From NCBI GenBank assembly GCA_037439545.1, contig JBBIVV010000039.1, forward strand, positions 1 through 21,497: DNA of 21,497 nt. The letters are read 5' to 3'. The notes under the pieces were generated by a model, which saw nothing but the letters and a program-made list of their open reading frames with translations, did no database searches and was not told the DNA's origin. The stretch is from a bacterium (GTDB lineage: Bacteria > JAMCPX01). The position numbers and the translations under genes were made by a program. Positions 1 through 8,189 of this stretch are shown piece by piece; the first letter of the stretch is position 1; each line of letters opens with the position of its first letter.

Positions 1-6
1 CTCCTT
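1..6 (-). promoter_or_regulatory. Shine-Dalgarno (AAGGAG) of the next gene downstream of dapB, which lies outside the window
   Basis: Minus strand ends ...gactaccAAGGAG at the window edge, about 65 nt after the dapB stop. Confidence 0.5.
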
Positions 7-70
7 GGTAGTCCTGATAAAGCCCAGCAGACTGGGTAGCGGTTCTTTGATATAATGTGGTGTGTCTGCC

Positions 71-883
71 TTACTTCAATCCCAGCACGTCGGTCATGGT
101 ATACATGCCCGGGGGCTTTCCAACAATCCATTTGGCAGCGAGCAAGGCGCCCTGTGCAAAGTTTTCCCTGCTGGTCGCCCTGTGTGTTATTTCAAGCCTT
201 TCTCCTGTGCCTATGAACATGACCGTATGCTCTCCGACTATATCTCCGCCGCGCAATGTCTGAATTCCGATTTCGCCGTTCGGCCGCACACCGATAGTAC
301 CATGCCGGTCATACCGTGCTAATTCTTTCAGGGGTTTGCCGTAAGCGTTCGCAATGGTATCGGCCAATTTCAGTGCTGTGCCGCTTGGGGCATCCACCTT
401 GTTTTTATGATGTGTCTCTACGATCTCTGCATCATAGTTTTCGCCGAGCACTTTTGCGGTCAATTCTACAAGCTTAAAAGTAAGATTCATCAAAACACTC
501 ATGTTAGGTGCCATAACAATGGCTATTTCCCTGCCTGCCTGATTGATTTTATCCATTTCTTCCGGAGAAAACCCGGTCGTACCGATAACCATAGATATAT
601 GTCTCTGTTGAGCGTATGAAAGCATCAACAGCGCCGAAGCTGGTGTTGAAAAATCTACAATGCAATCTACTGATGTCTGGAGAGACGCCGGATCATCCGT
701 GACTTTTATGCCGGAATTCTTTCCCTGAAACAGCATGCCGATATCGACACCTATGGACGGATGACCTTTCCGTTCAATACCCCCGGCAATGATAAAAGAC
801 CGGTCGAGAGAAAATAGTCTGGCTAAATGCATGCCCATCCTGCCCAAAACACCGTTAACGGCAATGCTCACCTGCTTAGGCAT
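71..883 (-). CDS. dapB: 4-hydroxy-tetrahydrodipicolinate reductase
   Basis: N-terminal GxxGRMG dinucleotide fold, DFSTP, VIGTTG, ETHHKNKVDAPSGTA, RGGDIVGEH; adjacent to dapA. Confidence 0.97.
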   Translation of the reverse strand: MPKQVSIAVNGVLGRMGMHLARLFSLDRSFIIAGGIERKGHPSIGVDIGMLFQGKNSGIKVTDDPASLQTSVDCIVDFSTPASALLMLSYAQQRHISMVIGTTGFSPEEMDKINQAGREIAIVMAPNMSVLMNLTFKLVELTAKVLGENYDAEIVETHHKNKVDAPSGTALKLADTIANAYGKPLKELARYDRHGTIGVRPNGEIGIQTLRGGDIVGEHTVMFIGTGERLEITHRATSRENFAQGALLAAKWIVGKPPGMYTMTDVLGLK

Positions 884-1763
884 GGATAAGCCCTAATCCC
901 GCCATGGCTGTCTCGAGCTTGATCAGGTTTGCACCAGTCATGCGTGTAAGAGGGAGCCTTATCTCGTCCGAAATCCAGCCCATAAGATGTGCCGCGGCTT
1001 TCACGGGAATAGGATTGCTCTCTATGAACATTGCATTGTGCAGGAGCCATAGTTTAAGGTTTATCGTAGTAGCTGCTTTCATGTCTCCTTTTTCATAAGC
1101 TGTGAACATAGTTACCATCTGTTTCGGCACAATGTTAGAGGTAACCGATATTACCCCTTTTGCACCGATGGCAATGCTTGGAAGTGCCGTAAAGTCATCA
1201 CCTGACAGAATTATAAAACCTTTCCTGCATAGTTTTATTGTCTCGGTAACCTGCTGCAACGAGCCGGTCGCTTCTTTTATACCTATTATATTTTTAACCT
1301 CTGAGAGCCTTGCAACCGTTTCCGGCATCATATTGACACCCGTCCTGCCGGGCACATTGTAGAGGATAAGCGGTATATCCACTTCTTCTGCAATCTTCAG
1401 AAAGTGTTCATACATGCCGTTCTGTGTAGGCTTGTTATAGTAAGGCGTTATAACGAGTGCTGCATCAGCACCAGCTTTTTTGGCATGTGATGTGAGGTTT
1501 ATAGCCTCTTTGGTGTTGTTGGAGCCTGTTCCCGCTATGATGAGACATTTTTTATCAGCGACCTCTATTGCATAATCGATCAGCATTTCGTGCTCTTCAA
1601 AATCGAGCGTTGCAGATTCACCGGTAGTACCGCACGGAACAAGTCCGTTTATGCCTGCTTTTATCTGCCTCTCGATAAGCGATTTATACGCTTTTTTATC
1701 TATTTTGTTATCTTTAAATGGTGTAATTATTGCTGTAATTATACCTTTTACCTGTTTAGACAT
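876..1763 (-). CDS. dapA: 4-hydroxy-tetrahydrodipicolinate synthase
   Basis: GTTGES, TPYYNKP, YNVPGRTG, GIKEA (Schiff-base Lys), SGDD, ESNPIPVK motifs. Confidence 0.97.
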   Translation of the reverse strand: MSKQVKGIITAIITPFKDNKIDKKAYKSLIERQIKAGINGLVPCGTTGESATLDFEEHEMLIDYAIEVADKKCLIIAGTGSNNTKEAINLTSHAKKAGADAALVITPYYNKPTQNGMYEHFLKIAEEVDIPLILYNVPGRTGVNMMPETVARLSEVKNIIGIKEATGSLQQVTETIKLCRKGFIILSGDDFTALPSIAIGAKGVISVTSNIVPKQMVTMFTAYEKGDMKAATTINLKLWLLHNAMFIESNPIPVKAAAHLMGWISDEIRLPLTRMTGANLIKLETAMAGLGLIHA

Positions 1764-2583
1764 TTATCTCTCCCGTAAAAACTTCTTCTGCCGGACCGGT
1801 CAAATATACGTGGTTGTCTTTTGCCCATTCAATTCCAAGGTCACCGCCTCTGAGATGTATCAGGACTTTTTCCCTGGTTTTGTTGTTCAGCACACCAGCG
1901 ACACCCACAGCGCATGCCCCTGAACCGCACCCGAGGGTCTCCCCGGTGCCCCTTTCCCATACACGCATCTTGAGCTCATTATCGTTGACCTTCTCGACGA
2001 ACTCGACATTCGTCTTTCTTGGAAAGAGTTTGTTGTTTTCCATTGCAGGCCCGTATTTTGCTACATTAAACTTCTCTATCTTGTCCATAAAAATGACTGT
2101 ATGCGGATTTCCCATGGATATGCAGGTGATCTTAAACTCCATATCCTCTACCTTTATTGCCCTGTTGATCACTCTTCCGCTCAGCCTTACAGGGATCTGT
2201 TTGGCATCCAGTATCGGCTCACCCATATCGACCCGTATACTTTCACCCTTTATTACCGGTTTTTTAATGCCTGCAAGTGTTTCTATCTCCAGCTCGTGTT
2301 TCTTCGTATAACCATGCTCAAGGACGTATTTTGCGACGCACCGTATACCATTGCCGCACATCTCCACCTCACCGCCATCCGCATTATAAATACGCATTCT
2401 GAAATCAGCGTTTTTTGAGGGAAGTATCATTAACAACTGGTCAGCACCTACACCAAAAGCCGGTGTGCAAAGCTTCTGGATCTGCTCCGTTGAAAGCTTC
2501 TCTTCCTTTTTTATCGCATCTATCACTATAAAATGGTTCCCTGTCCCCTGCATCTTTGTAAATTTTATAGTCCTTTTAGCCAT
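1756..2583 (-). CDS. dapF: Diaminopimelate epimerase
   Basis: KMQGTGNHF, EMCGNGIRC, MGNPH, RVWERGTGETLGCGSGAC, with both catalytic Cys. Confidence 0.97.
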   Translation of the reverse strand: MAKRTIKFTKMQGTGNHFIVIDAIKKEEKLSTEQIQKLCTPAFGVGADQLLMILPSKNADFRMRIYNADGGEVEMCGNGIRCVAKYVLEHGYTKKHELEIETLAGIKKPVIKGESIRVDMGEPILDAKQIPVRLSGRVINRAIKVEDMEFKITCISMGNPHTVIFMDKIEKFNVAKYGPAMENNKLFPRKTNVEFVEKVNDNELKMRVWERGTGETLGCGSGACAVGVAGVLNNKTREKVLIHLRGGDLGIEWAKDNHVYLTGPAEEVFTGEINV

Positions 2584-3850
2584 TTTTTCTCCTTATCCTC
2601 AATAGAGGAGGAACCTGCTCGCCTTTTATAAGGTCATTGTTGGTTTCTCTTTTCCTCACCACATAATACTCTTTACCGTGCACAAGCACCTCTGCTCCCC
2701 TTTTTCTCGAATTGTAATTTGATGACATTGAGAAACCATACGCACCTACGCTCATCAAGGCTATAATCTCGTTTCTTTCAAGCAGGGGCAAACTTCTGTC
2801 ATGTGCAAAAAAATCCCCTGATTCGCATATCGGTCCTACAACATCCTGTTTAAATGCTTTTGACTGCGTTTTTTCAGCAGGCACTATCTCGTGATATGCA
2901 CCATAAAAGCTCGGTCTTATCAAATCGTTCATACCTGCATCTACAATCATAAACCGTTTCAACCCGTTACTTTTTCTATATAGCACCTTTGTTGCAAGAA
3001 TACCAGCATTCCCCACGAGCACCCTTCCTGGCTCAAGTATCAGCCTGCCATCAAAGCTTTTCAAAGTACTCTCTATTGCCTCTGCATACTTGTCAGGGCA
3101 TGCTGCTTGTTCATCTTTATACGTTATACCCAGTCCACCGCCGATATCCATATACTGTATGTTTACGCCGTCATGTTTCAGCTCTCTTACAAGTCCAAAC
3201 ATCCTTTTTAACGCAGCTATAAAAGGCGATACGTCCGTTAATTGGGAACCTATGTGCATATCAACTCCCACTATCTTAAGGTGAGGTTTTGACATCGCTA
3301 CACTGTACGCTTCTCTTGCAAGCTTTATATCTATACCAAATTTATTCTTCTTTAATCCTGTCGATATGTAGGGATGTGTATGTGCGTTTATGTCAGGATT
3401 GACCCGTATGCTTACCGGAGCTTTTACCCCAAGCAATGCCGCAGCTTCCTCTATAGCATCAAGCTCCTCCAACGATTCAACATTGAGCATAAGAATACCT
3501 TCAGCCAATGCATAGACTATTTCTTCAGATGTTTTTCCCACACCAGAATAAACAATTTTTTTGCCGTCAACACCCGACTTGATCGCCCTGAAAAGCTCTC
3601 CGCCTGATACGATATCCGCGCCCGCTCCCAGTGATGAAAAAAGTGAAATGACTGCGATGTTCGGATTTGCTTTTACAGAATAGCAGATCAACGGCTTTGT
3701 CCTGACAAATGCCTGTTTAAAAACATTGTAATGGCGTGTTAAGGTCCTTGTGCTGTATATGTATACAGGTGTACCGACCCTGTCTGTGATCGTTTTGACC
3801 CTTACATCCTCACAGTAAAGCACTCCATTCCTATAGTTAAAAAAATTCAT
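2576..3850 (-). CDS. lysA: Diaminopimelate decarboxylase
   Basis: YSVKAN (PLP Lys), HIGSQ, DIGGG, EPGR, GPICESGD, GAYGFSMSSNYN; AGGAG SD upstream. Confidence 0.97.
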   Translation of the reverse strand: MNFFNYRNGVLYCEDVRVKTITDRVGTPVYIYSTRTLTRHYNVFKQAFVRTKPLICYSVKANPNIAVISLFSSLGAGADIVSGGELFRAIKSGVDGKKIVYSGVGKTSEEIVYALAEGILMLNVESLEELDAIEEAAALLGVKAPVSIRVNPDINAHTHPYISTGLKKNKFGIDIKLAREAYSVAMSKPHLKIVGVDMHIGSQLTDVSPFIAALKRMFGLVRELKHDGVNIQYMDIGGGLGITYKDEQAACPDKYAEAIESTLKSFDGRLILEPGRVLVGNAGILATKVLYRKSNGLKRFMIVDAGMNDLIRPSFYGAYHEIVPAEKTQSKAFKQDVVGPICESGDFFAHDRSLPLLERNEIIALMSVGAYGFSMSSNYNSRKRGAEVLVHGKEYYVVRKRETNNDLIKGEQVPPLLRIRRKNG

Positions 3851-3865
3851 CTCTATCTCCTATCA

Positions 3866-3923
3866 ACCCGTTGGAAAGTACGTGCCCGCACGCAGGAGTG
3901 CAGGTATACCCTTTCTATAGGGT
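3866..3923. repeat. Degenerate inverted-repeat element (ACCCGTTGGAAAG ... CTTTCTATAGGGT), overlapped by an ATACCCT/AGGGTAT hairpin at 3906-3925
   Basis: Arms 3866-3878 and 3911-3923 pair at 10/13 positions; the left arm resembles the arms of the element at 6479-6540. Confidence 0.3.
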
Positions 3924-3951
3924 ATTCAAAATTTAAACAATGTTTCCGCCA

Positions 3952-5013
3952 TCAATGGACTGGCTTCCTCACAGGGTAAAGTATTTTATAACTTTCCGAC
4001 GGTGGACTTTCATTGTGCTGCGGTGAATCGTCAACAGCGGTCACATAGTATGTAGTATAGCCTTCATATGCTCCGGTGTCCACATAAGTCGTTGCAGATA
4101 GTGGTTGAGCATTTATGCGTTTGAAATGCTTGCTGTTCCCCGTACTTCTGTACAGGTAGTATCCGAGAATGTCTGATTCCGTATTTGACTCCCAGCTCAA
4201 TGCAATGCCCTGTTTCAGAGGTGCTGCCGACAGCCCGTAGGGCCTCGCAGGAGACACACTATCGACCGGAATTACCATGATCTGTGAGGATGGTACGCTC
4301 TCGATAGGTGTAGTGTTCACTTTTGATACGCTCGTAACTTCATAAAAATAAGGCGTATTGTTTTTAAGATCCCCATCGATATAGGTTGTGCCCGATATGA
4401 GTGCAGGATTTATCGGGAACAGCGGGAAATCGTCCATCTTCAAGCTCCTGTATACGTTGTAATATATGATTTTATCGATGCGGGACCCGTCCGCATATGT
4501 CTTCGGTGAAACCCATGAAAGCTCTGCAAAATAATCGCCTGACCTCGCCCGTATGTCCGATGGCTTAAGAAAAGACTTGTCCCAGTAAACGACCGCTGTA
4601 TTCGATAGATCGCTCGCAATATCATCCTTTGTAACCGTAAACACGAGATAGGAATACCTGACCCCGTAATCCAAATCCGTATCTTTGATAGTCATATAAT
4701 GCTGGCCCGGCTTACTCACCCATCTCCACTGTTTGTAAACTTCCTTTTTCTCCGTACCGATATCACTTATAGGAAGGGCAGCTCTTACCATGTTAAAGCC
4801 TTTTATGTCTTTAAGCACTGTCCCGTCAGTGTTTTTATCCGGGATGGTCCACGACAACAGTACACCATTCCCCCGTGCCAATACAGTAAGATTGTTTATC
4901 GCGACAGGTTTTGAAAGCGGATAAGGCACGGGCGGGGCTTTCAAACCGCACTGAATAAGCACCAACAAGATAAGAGGTAAAAGAAGTTTATATCCTTTTA
5001 AGGAAATTTTCAT
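3952..5013 (-). CDS. Lipoprotein with LptM/LppL-like N-terminus and fibronectin type III-like repeats
   Basis: Likely start MKISLKGYK at 5013 (the ORF track start at 5049 adds 12 non-signal residues); signal peptide then C-GLKAPPVP; three FN3-like units (LSW...Y/FxxxR...xD...Y.Y.V.[AST]V); sits between argH and lysA. Confidence 0.8.
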   Translation of the reverse strand: MKISLKGYKLLLPLILLVLIQCGLKAPPVPYPLSKPVAINNLTVLARGNGVLLSWTIPDKNTDGTVLKDIKGFNMVRAALPISDIGTEKKEVYKQWRWVSKPGQHYMTIKDTDLDYGVRYSYLVFTVTKDDIASDLSNTAVVYWDKSFLKPSDIRARSGDYFAELSWVSPKTYADGSRIDKIIYYNVYRSLKMDDFPLFPINPALISGTTYIDGDLKNNTPYFYEVTSVSKVNTTPIESVPSSQIMVIPVDSVSPARPYGLSAAPLKQGIALSWESNTESDILGYYLYRSTGNSKHFKRINAQPLSATTYVDTGAYEGYTTYYVTAVDDSPQHNESPPSESYKILYPVRKPVH

Positions 5014-6427
5014 AATGCCTGATCTTTTTTTCAAGCTGTTCGCTTGCATTCTTTACCTGTTTCTCGGCAGTACCGCCGGGAACAGCCCTGCTGTTTATAG
5101 AGGTTTTAATGTCAAGCACATGCTTTATGTCAGGTTTGAATAGCGGTGAAAATGCCTTAAAAACTTCATAATCCAATAATGCTACATCCACGTCCTTTTT
5201 AATTGCGTACAACACAATTCTCCCTGTAAGCTCATGCGCCTTCCTGAAAGGCATCCCCTGTCTTACGAGATAATCCGCGATATCGGTTGCAAGTAAATTA
5301 CCATAAGTCATGGATTCGTTGAGTCTTTCAACATGAAACCTTATACCGGATATCATGGGTACCCATACCTCAAGAACAAGCTTTACCGTGTCGACTGCAT
5401 CAAATACAGCAGGCTTGTCTTCCTGCATATCCCTGTCATAGGCAAGCGGTAACCCTTTCATCATGGTAAGCAGGTTCATAAGCGATCCATAGACCCTGCC
5501 CGTCTTACCTCTGGTTAACTCGGCAACATCCGGATTCTTTTTCTGAGGCATGATACTACTGCCTGTTGTCAGCGAATCAGGCAATGAAACAAAGCCAAAC
5601 TCATCCGTTGACCACAGTATAAGCTCCTCCGAAAATCGTGAGAAATGCATCATCAAGACACTGAATGCATGTGTCGTATCAATGGCAAAATCCCTGTCAG
5701 AAACAGCGTCGATGCTGTTCCTGCTTATCTCCTTGAACTGAAGCAGTTTTGCCATTGCATCCCTGTCAATCTGATAAGGCGTTCCTGCGAGCGCACCTGA
5801 ACCAAGCGGCATCACGGAAGTCGAATAGTACGCATGGAAGAGTCTCTCAATGTCCCTGTTGAACATTTCCGCATAAGCGAGCAGGTGATGGCTCAGAAGC
5901 ACCGGCTGAGCATGCTGCGTATGCGTAAATCCCGGCATGGCTACCCCGGAATACTTTGAAACCTGCGATAAAATCAAAGACTGGATACGCAACAGCTTTG
6001 AGATAATGACCTTTATCTCATCGAGCAGGTACAGCCTGAATGCCGTAACGATCTGATCGTTGCGGCTCCTGCCTGTATGAAGCTTGTAAGCAGTATCGCC
6101 TATCAGGCTATGAAGTCTTCTTTCAATGGCTGTATGTATATCTTCGTCTTTCTCGTCAGTCACAAACCGTGCTGTCAGGATTTCAAGTTCTATTTTTCTC
6201 AATCCGTTCTTTGTCTTTTTGAACTCGGACGGATTGAATATGCCTGCGCGCACGAGCCCTTCAGCCTGTGCAATGCTGCCCTTTATGTCATACAGGGCAA
6301 GCCGCATGTCAGACAGGAGCGAATTGGTAAATTTGTTTACCGCTTCGTCCGGCTCCTGCTCAAACCTGCCTCCCCACAGTTTAAATACATTATCCTTGTT
6401 CTGTTTTTTATGTTTTATGTTCTTCAT
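4988..6427 (-). CDS. argH: Argininosuccinate lyase
   Basis: KLWGGRF, EDIH, HTGRSRNDQ, PGFTHTQHAQP, GSSIMPQKKNPD, YDRDMQEDK. Confidence 0.97.
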   Translation of the reverse strand: MKNIKHKKQNKDNVFKLWGGRFEQEPDEAVNKFTNSLLSDMRLALYDIKGSIAQAEGLVRAGIFNPSEFKKTKNGLRKIELEILTARFVTDEKDEDIHTAIERRLHSLIGDTAYKLHTGRSRNDQIVTAFRLYLLDEIKVIISKLLRIQSLILSQVSKYSGVAMPGFTHTQHAQPVLLSHHLLAYAEMFNRDIERLFHAYYSTSVMPLGSGALAGTPYQIDRDAMAKLLQFKEISRNSIDAVSDRDFAIDTTHAFSVLMMHFSRFSEELILWSTDEFGFVSLPDSLTTGSSIMPQKKNPDVAELTRGKTGRVYGSLMNLLTMMKGLPLAYDRDMQEDKPAVFDAVDTVKLVLEVWVPMISGIRFHVERLNESMTYGNLLATDIADYLVRQGMPFRKAHELTGRIVLYAIKKDVDVALLDYEVFKAFSPLFKPDIKHVLDIKTSINSRAVPGGTAEKQVKNASEQLEKKIRHYENFLKRI

Positions 6428-6451
6428 GTGATTTCTATACTACACATGAAG
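6422..6451. promoter_or_regulatory. Perfect 9-bp inverted repeat overlapping the argH start codon
   Basis: CTTCATGTG (6422-6430) / 12-nt loop / CACATGAAG (6443-6451); the argH ATG (6427-6425) lies inside the stem. Confidence 0.45.
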
Positions 6452-6478
6452 CAAGAGAAACAAGGTTTTTTGCCGTTA

Positions 6479-6540
6479 ACCCCGTTCGAGAACTCGTTTC
6501 TCTCACGGTATCGGCCGATGGTGGTTTTCTCCAACAGGGT
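6479..6540. repeat. Palindromic REP/MITE-like intergenic element (ACCCCGTTCGAGAA ... TTCTCCAACAGGGT)
   Basis: 14-bp terminal inverted arms with 12/14 match; internal perfect palindrome ATCGGCCGAT at 6510-6519; lies immediately after the helicase stop. Confidence 0.55.
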
Positions 6541-6546
6541 AAAAGG

Positions 6547-8097
6547 TTATCCTTTTTTTCTTTCCCGCGCCTTTTCTATTCTGACTTCTTTGCCTTTCAG
6601 CATGATTTTATCGACAGATTGTACCACCCGCTCGGCATAATTCTTGGACACCTCGACAAAAGTAAATGCATCCATAAGGGTTATCCTGCCGAGCTCGCTG
6701 AACGGCACGCCTGCTTCTGCCGTAAATGTTTTTATAATGTCCTTAACAGCTACGCCATCCCTTTTACCGATTGTCATAAACAGCCTGCTCATCTCGGCAG
6801 GCTCTTTCTTTTCCTCGGTTTTTGCCGTGTCCTTGAATGACATACTCATTACTGCGGCGACACAGACAGACGGCTCGTACATTTCAAGCATTTTTTGTGC
6901 AACAGGAACGAAATTCACGTAGGATTCCTGTTTTATTATTGAAGCGATGTCGTCAAGTATTGTTTGCTGTCGTGCCTCCATGACCTCTGTCGATGTCGGG
7001 AGCTTTTTCTTTGATATCTTTGTTTTTGCAATCTTTTCGATAAGCCGGAGTTCCCTGTATTCCCTCGGTGTAATGAACATAATCGCTATCCCCGGTTTGC
7101 CAGCTCTTCCGGTCCTGCCAATCCTGTGGATATAACTTTCAGGATCCTGTGGAATGCTGTAATTGATTACATGAGATACATCCTGGATATCGAGCCCTCT
7201 TGCCGCCACATCCGTTGCTACAAGTATGTCTACAGAACCGTCCTTGAAGTGCTTCATGACCGTGTTCCTCTGGGGCTGGGAGTAGTCACCGTGGATTGCA
7301 TCTGCATTGTATCCCATCTCCTTCAGTTTTGAAGCAACATGGTCAACTTCTCTCTTTGTGTGACAGAATACAAGGCACCTGTACAGGTCTTCGATATCTA
7401 TGATCTTCGAGAGGACATCGAGCTTTTCATCCTCGCGTACTTCGTAGAAGATCTGTTTTATTTTGGGAACGACGATGTCTGCGACGTTTACCATGACTTT
7501 GACAGGGTCACGCATGTATTTTTTTGAAATGCTCAAGACATTATTGTTAATGGTTGCGGAAAAGAGCATGGTCTGCCGTTCCCGGGGAATCTTTACGAGG
7601 ATGTCCTCGATGTCATCTATAAATCCCATATTGAGCATCTCATCGGCTTCATCAAGAACAGCAATGCTTACCTTGTTGAGTTTCAGTGTCCCCCTGTGGA
7701 TATGATCAATTACCCTGCCGGGTGTCCCTATCACTATATCGATGCCTTTATTCAGTGCACGGATCTGGCGATCAATGGACTGGCCGCCATAGATGGGAAG
7801 CGAAATCAAGCCGCTGTATTTCCCGATTTTGTTAAACTCCTCTGAAACCTGTATGGCAAGCTCACGCGTTGGTTCAAGGACTATTGCGGAAGGATGCGCT
7901 CCTCTTTTGCAGAGCTGAAGCATCGGTATTGCAAAAGCGGCAGTCTTGCCCGTTCCTGTCTGTGCCTGTCCTATAATATCCTCTCCGTTCAGTCCGGGAG
8001 GGATCGCTCCCTTCTGTATCGGGGTGGGTTCTTCGAAACCCATTTCATTGACAGATTTTAGTATCTGGTTTGATATGCCAAGTTCTTTGAAATTCAT
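6547..8097 (-). CDS. deaD: DEAD-box RNA helicase (DeaD/CshA-like) with C-terminal DbpA-type RNA-binding domain
   Basis: Q motif GFEEPTPIQ, AQTGTGKT, PTRELA, TPGR, DEAD, SAT, ARGLD, HRIGRTGRAG; C-terminal RLFMTIGKRDG...FTFVEV. Start reassigned to ATG 8097, which has GGAG upstream. Subfamily and symbol are less certain than the family. Confidence 0.9.
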   Translation of the reverse strand: MNFKELGISNQILKSVNEMGFEEPTPIQKGAIPPGLNGEDIIGQAQTGTGKTAAFAIPMLQLCKRGAHPSAIVLEPTRELAIQVSEEFNKIGKYSGLISLPIYGGQSIDRQIRALNKGIDIVIGTPGRVIDHIHRGTLKLNKVSIAVLDEADEMLNMGFIDDIEDILVKIPRERQTMLFSATINNNVLSISKKYMRDPVKVMVNVADIVVPKIKQIFYEVREDEKLDVLSKIIDIEDLYRCLVFCHTKREVDHVASKLKEMGYNADAIHGDYSQPQRNTVMKHFKDGSVDILVATDVAARGLDIQDVSHVINYSIPQDPESYIHRIGRTGRAGKPGIAIMFITPREYRELRLIEKIAKTKISKKKLPTSTEVMEARQQTILDDIASIIKQESYVNFVPVAQKMLEMYEPSVCVAAVMSMSFKDTAKTEEKKEPAEMSRLFMTIGKRDGVAVKDIIKTFTAEAGVPFSELGRITLMDAFTFVEVSKNYAERVVQSVDKIMLKGKEVRIEKARERKKG

Positions 8098-8132
8098 CAG
8101 TTTTTTCTCCGCAATCAATAAAGACTTAAACC

Positions 8133-8146
8133 TTCCTCATGTCAAG
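8133..8146 (-). promoter_or_regulatory. Perfect sigma70 -35 hexamer (TTGACA, 8145-8140) upstream of the helicase; also copy 1 of a direct repeat
   Basis: Minus strand CTTGACATGAGGAA; the matching -10 is weak. Confidence 0.35.
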
Positions 8147-8189
8147 CTATCATACTTACATACTTTTCCGGGGTCTTCTGCTTTATGCC

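Noticed and set aside
1814..2311. 165-aa plus-strand ORF and the many other antisense or nested ORFs across the window
   Set aside because: They are shadows of well-supported genes, with no motifs or SD.
3851..3951. Lysine riboswitch upstream of lysA; CsoR-like operator at 3906-3925
   Set aside because: The gap is about 100 nt, too short for the riboswitch and without its motifs; the ATACCC/GGGTAT spacing (8 nt) is longer than in the CsoR sites I know, and no copper genes are nearby.
6077..6640. 187-aa plus-strand ORF
   Set aside because: Antisense to argH and the helicase, and reads through the palindromic element; no family features.
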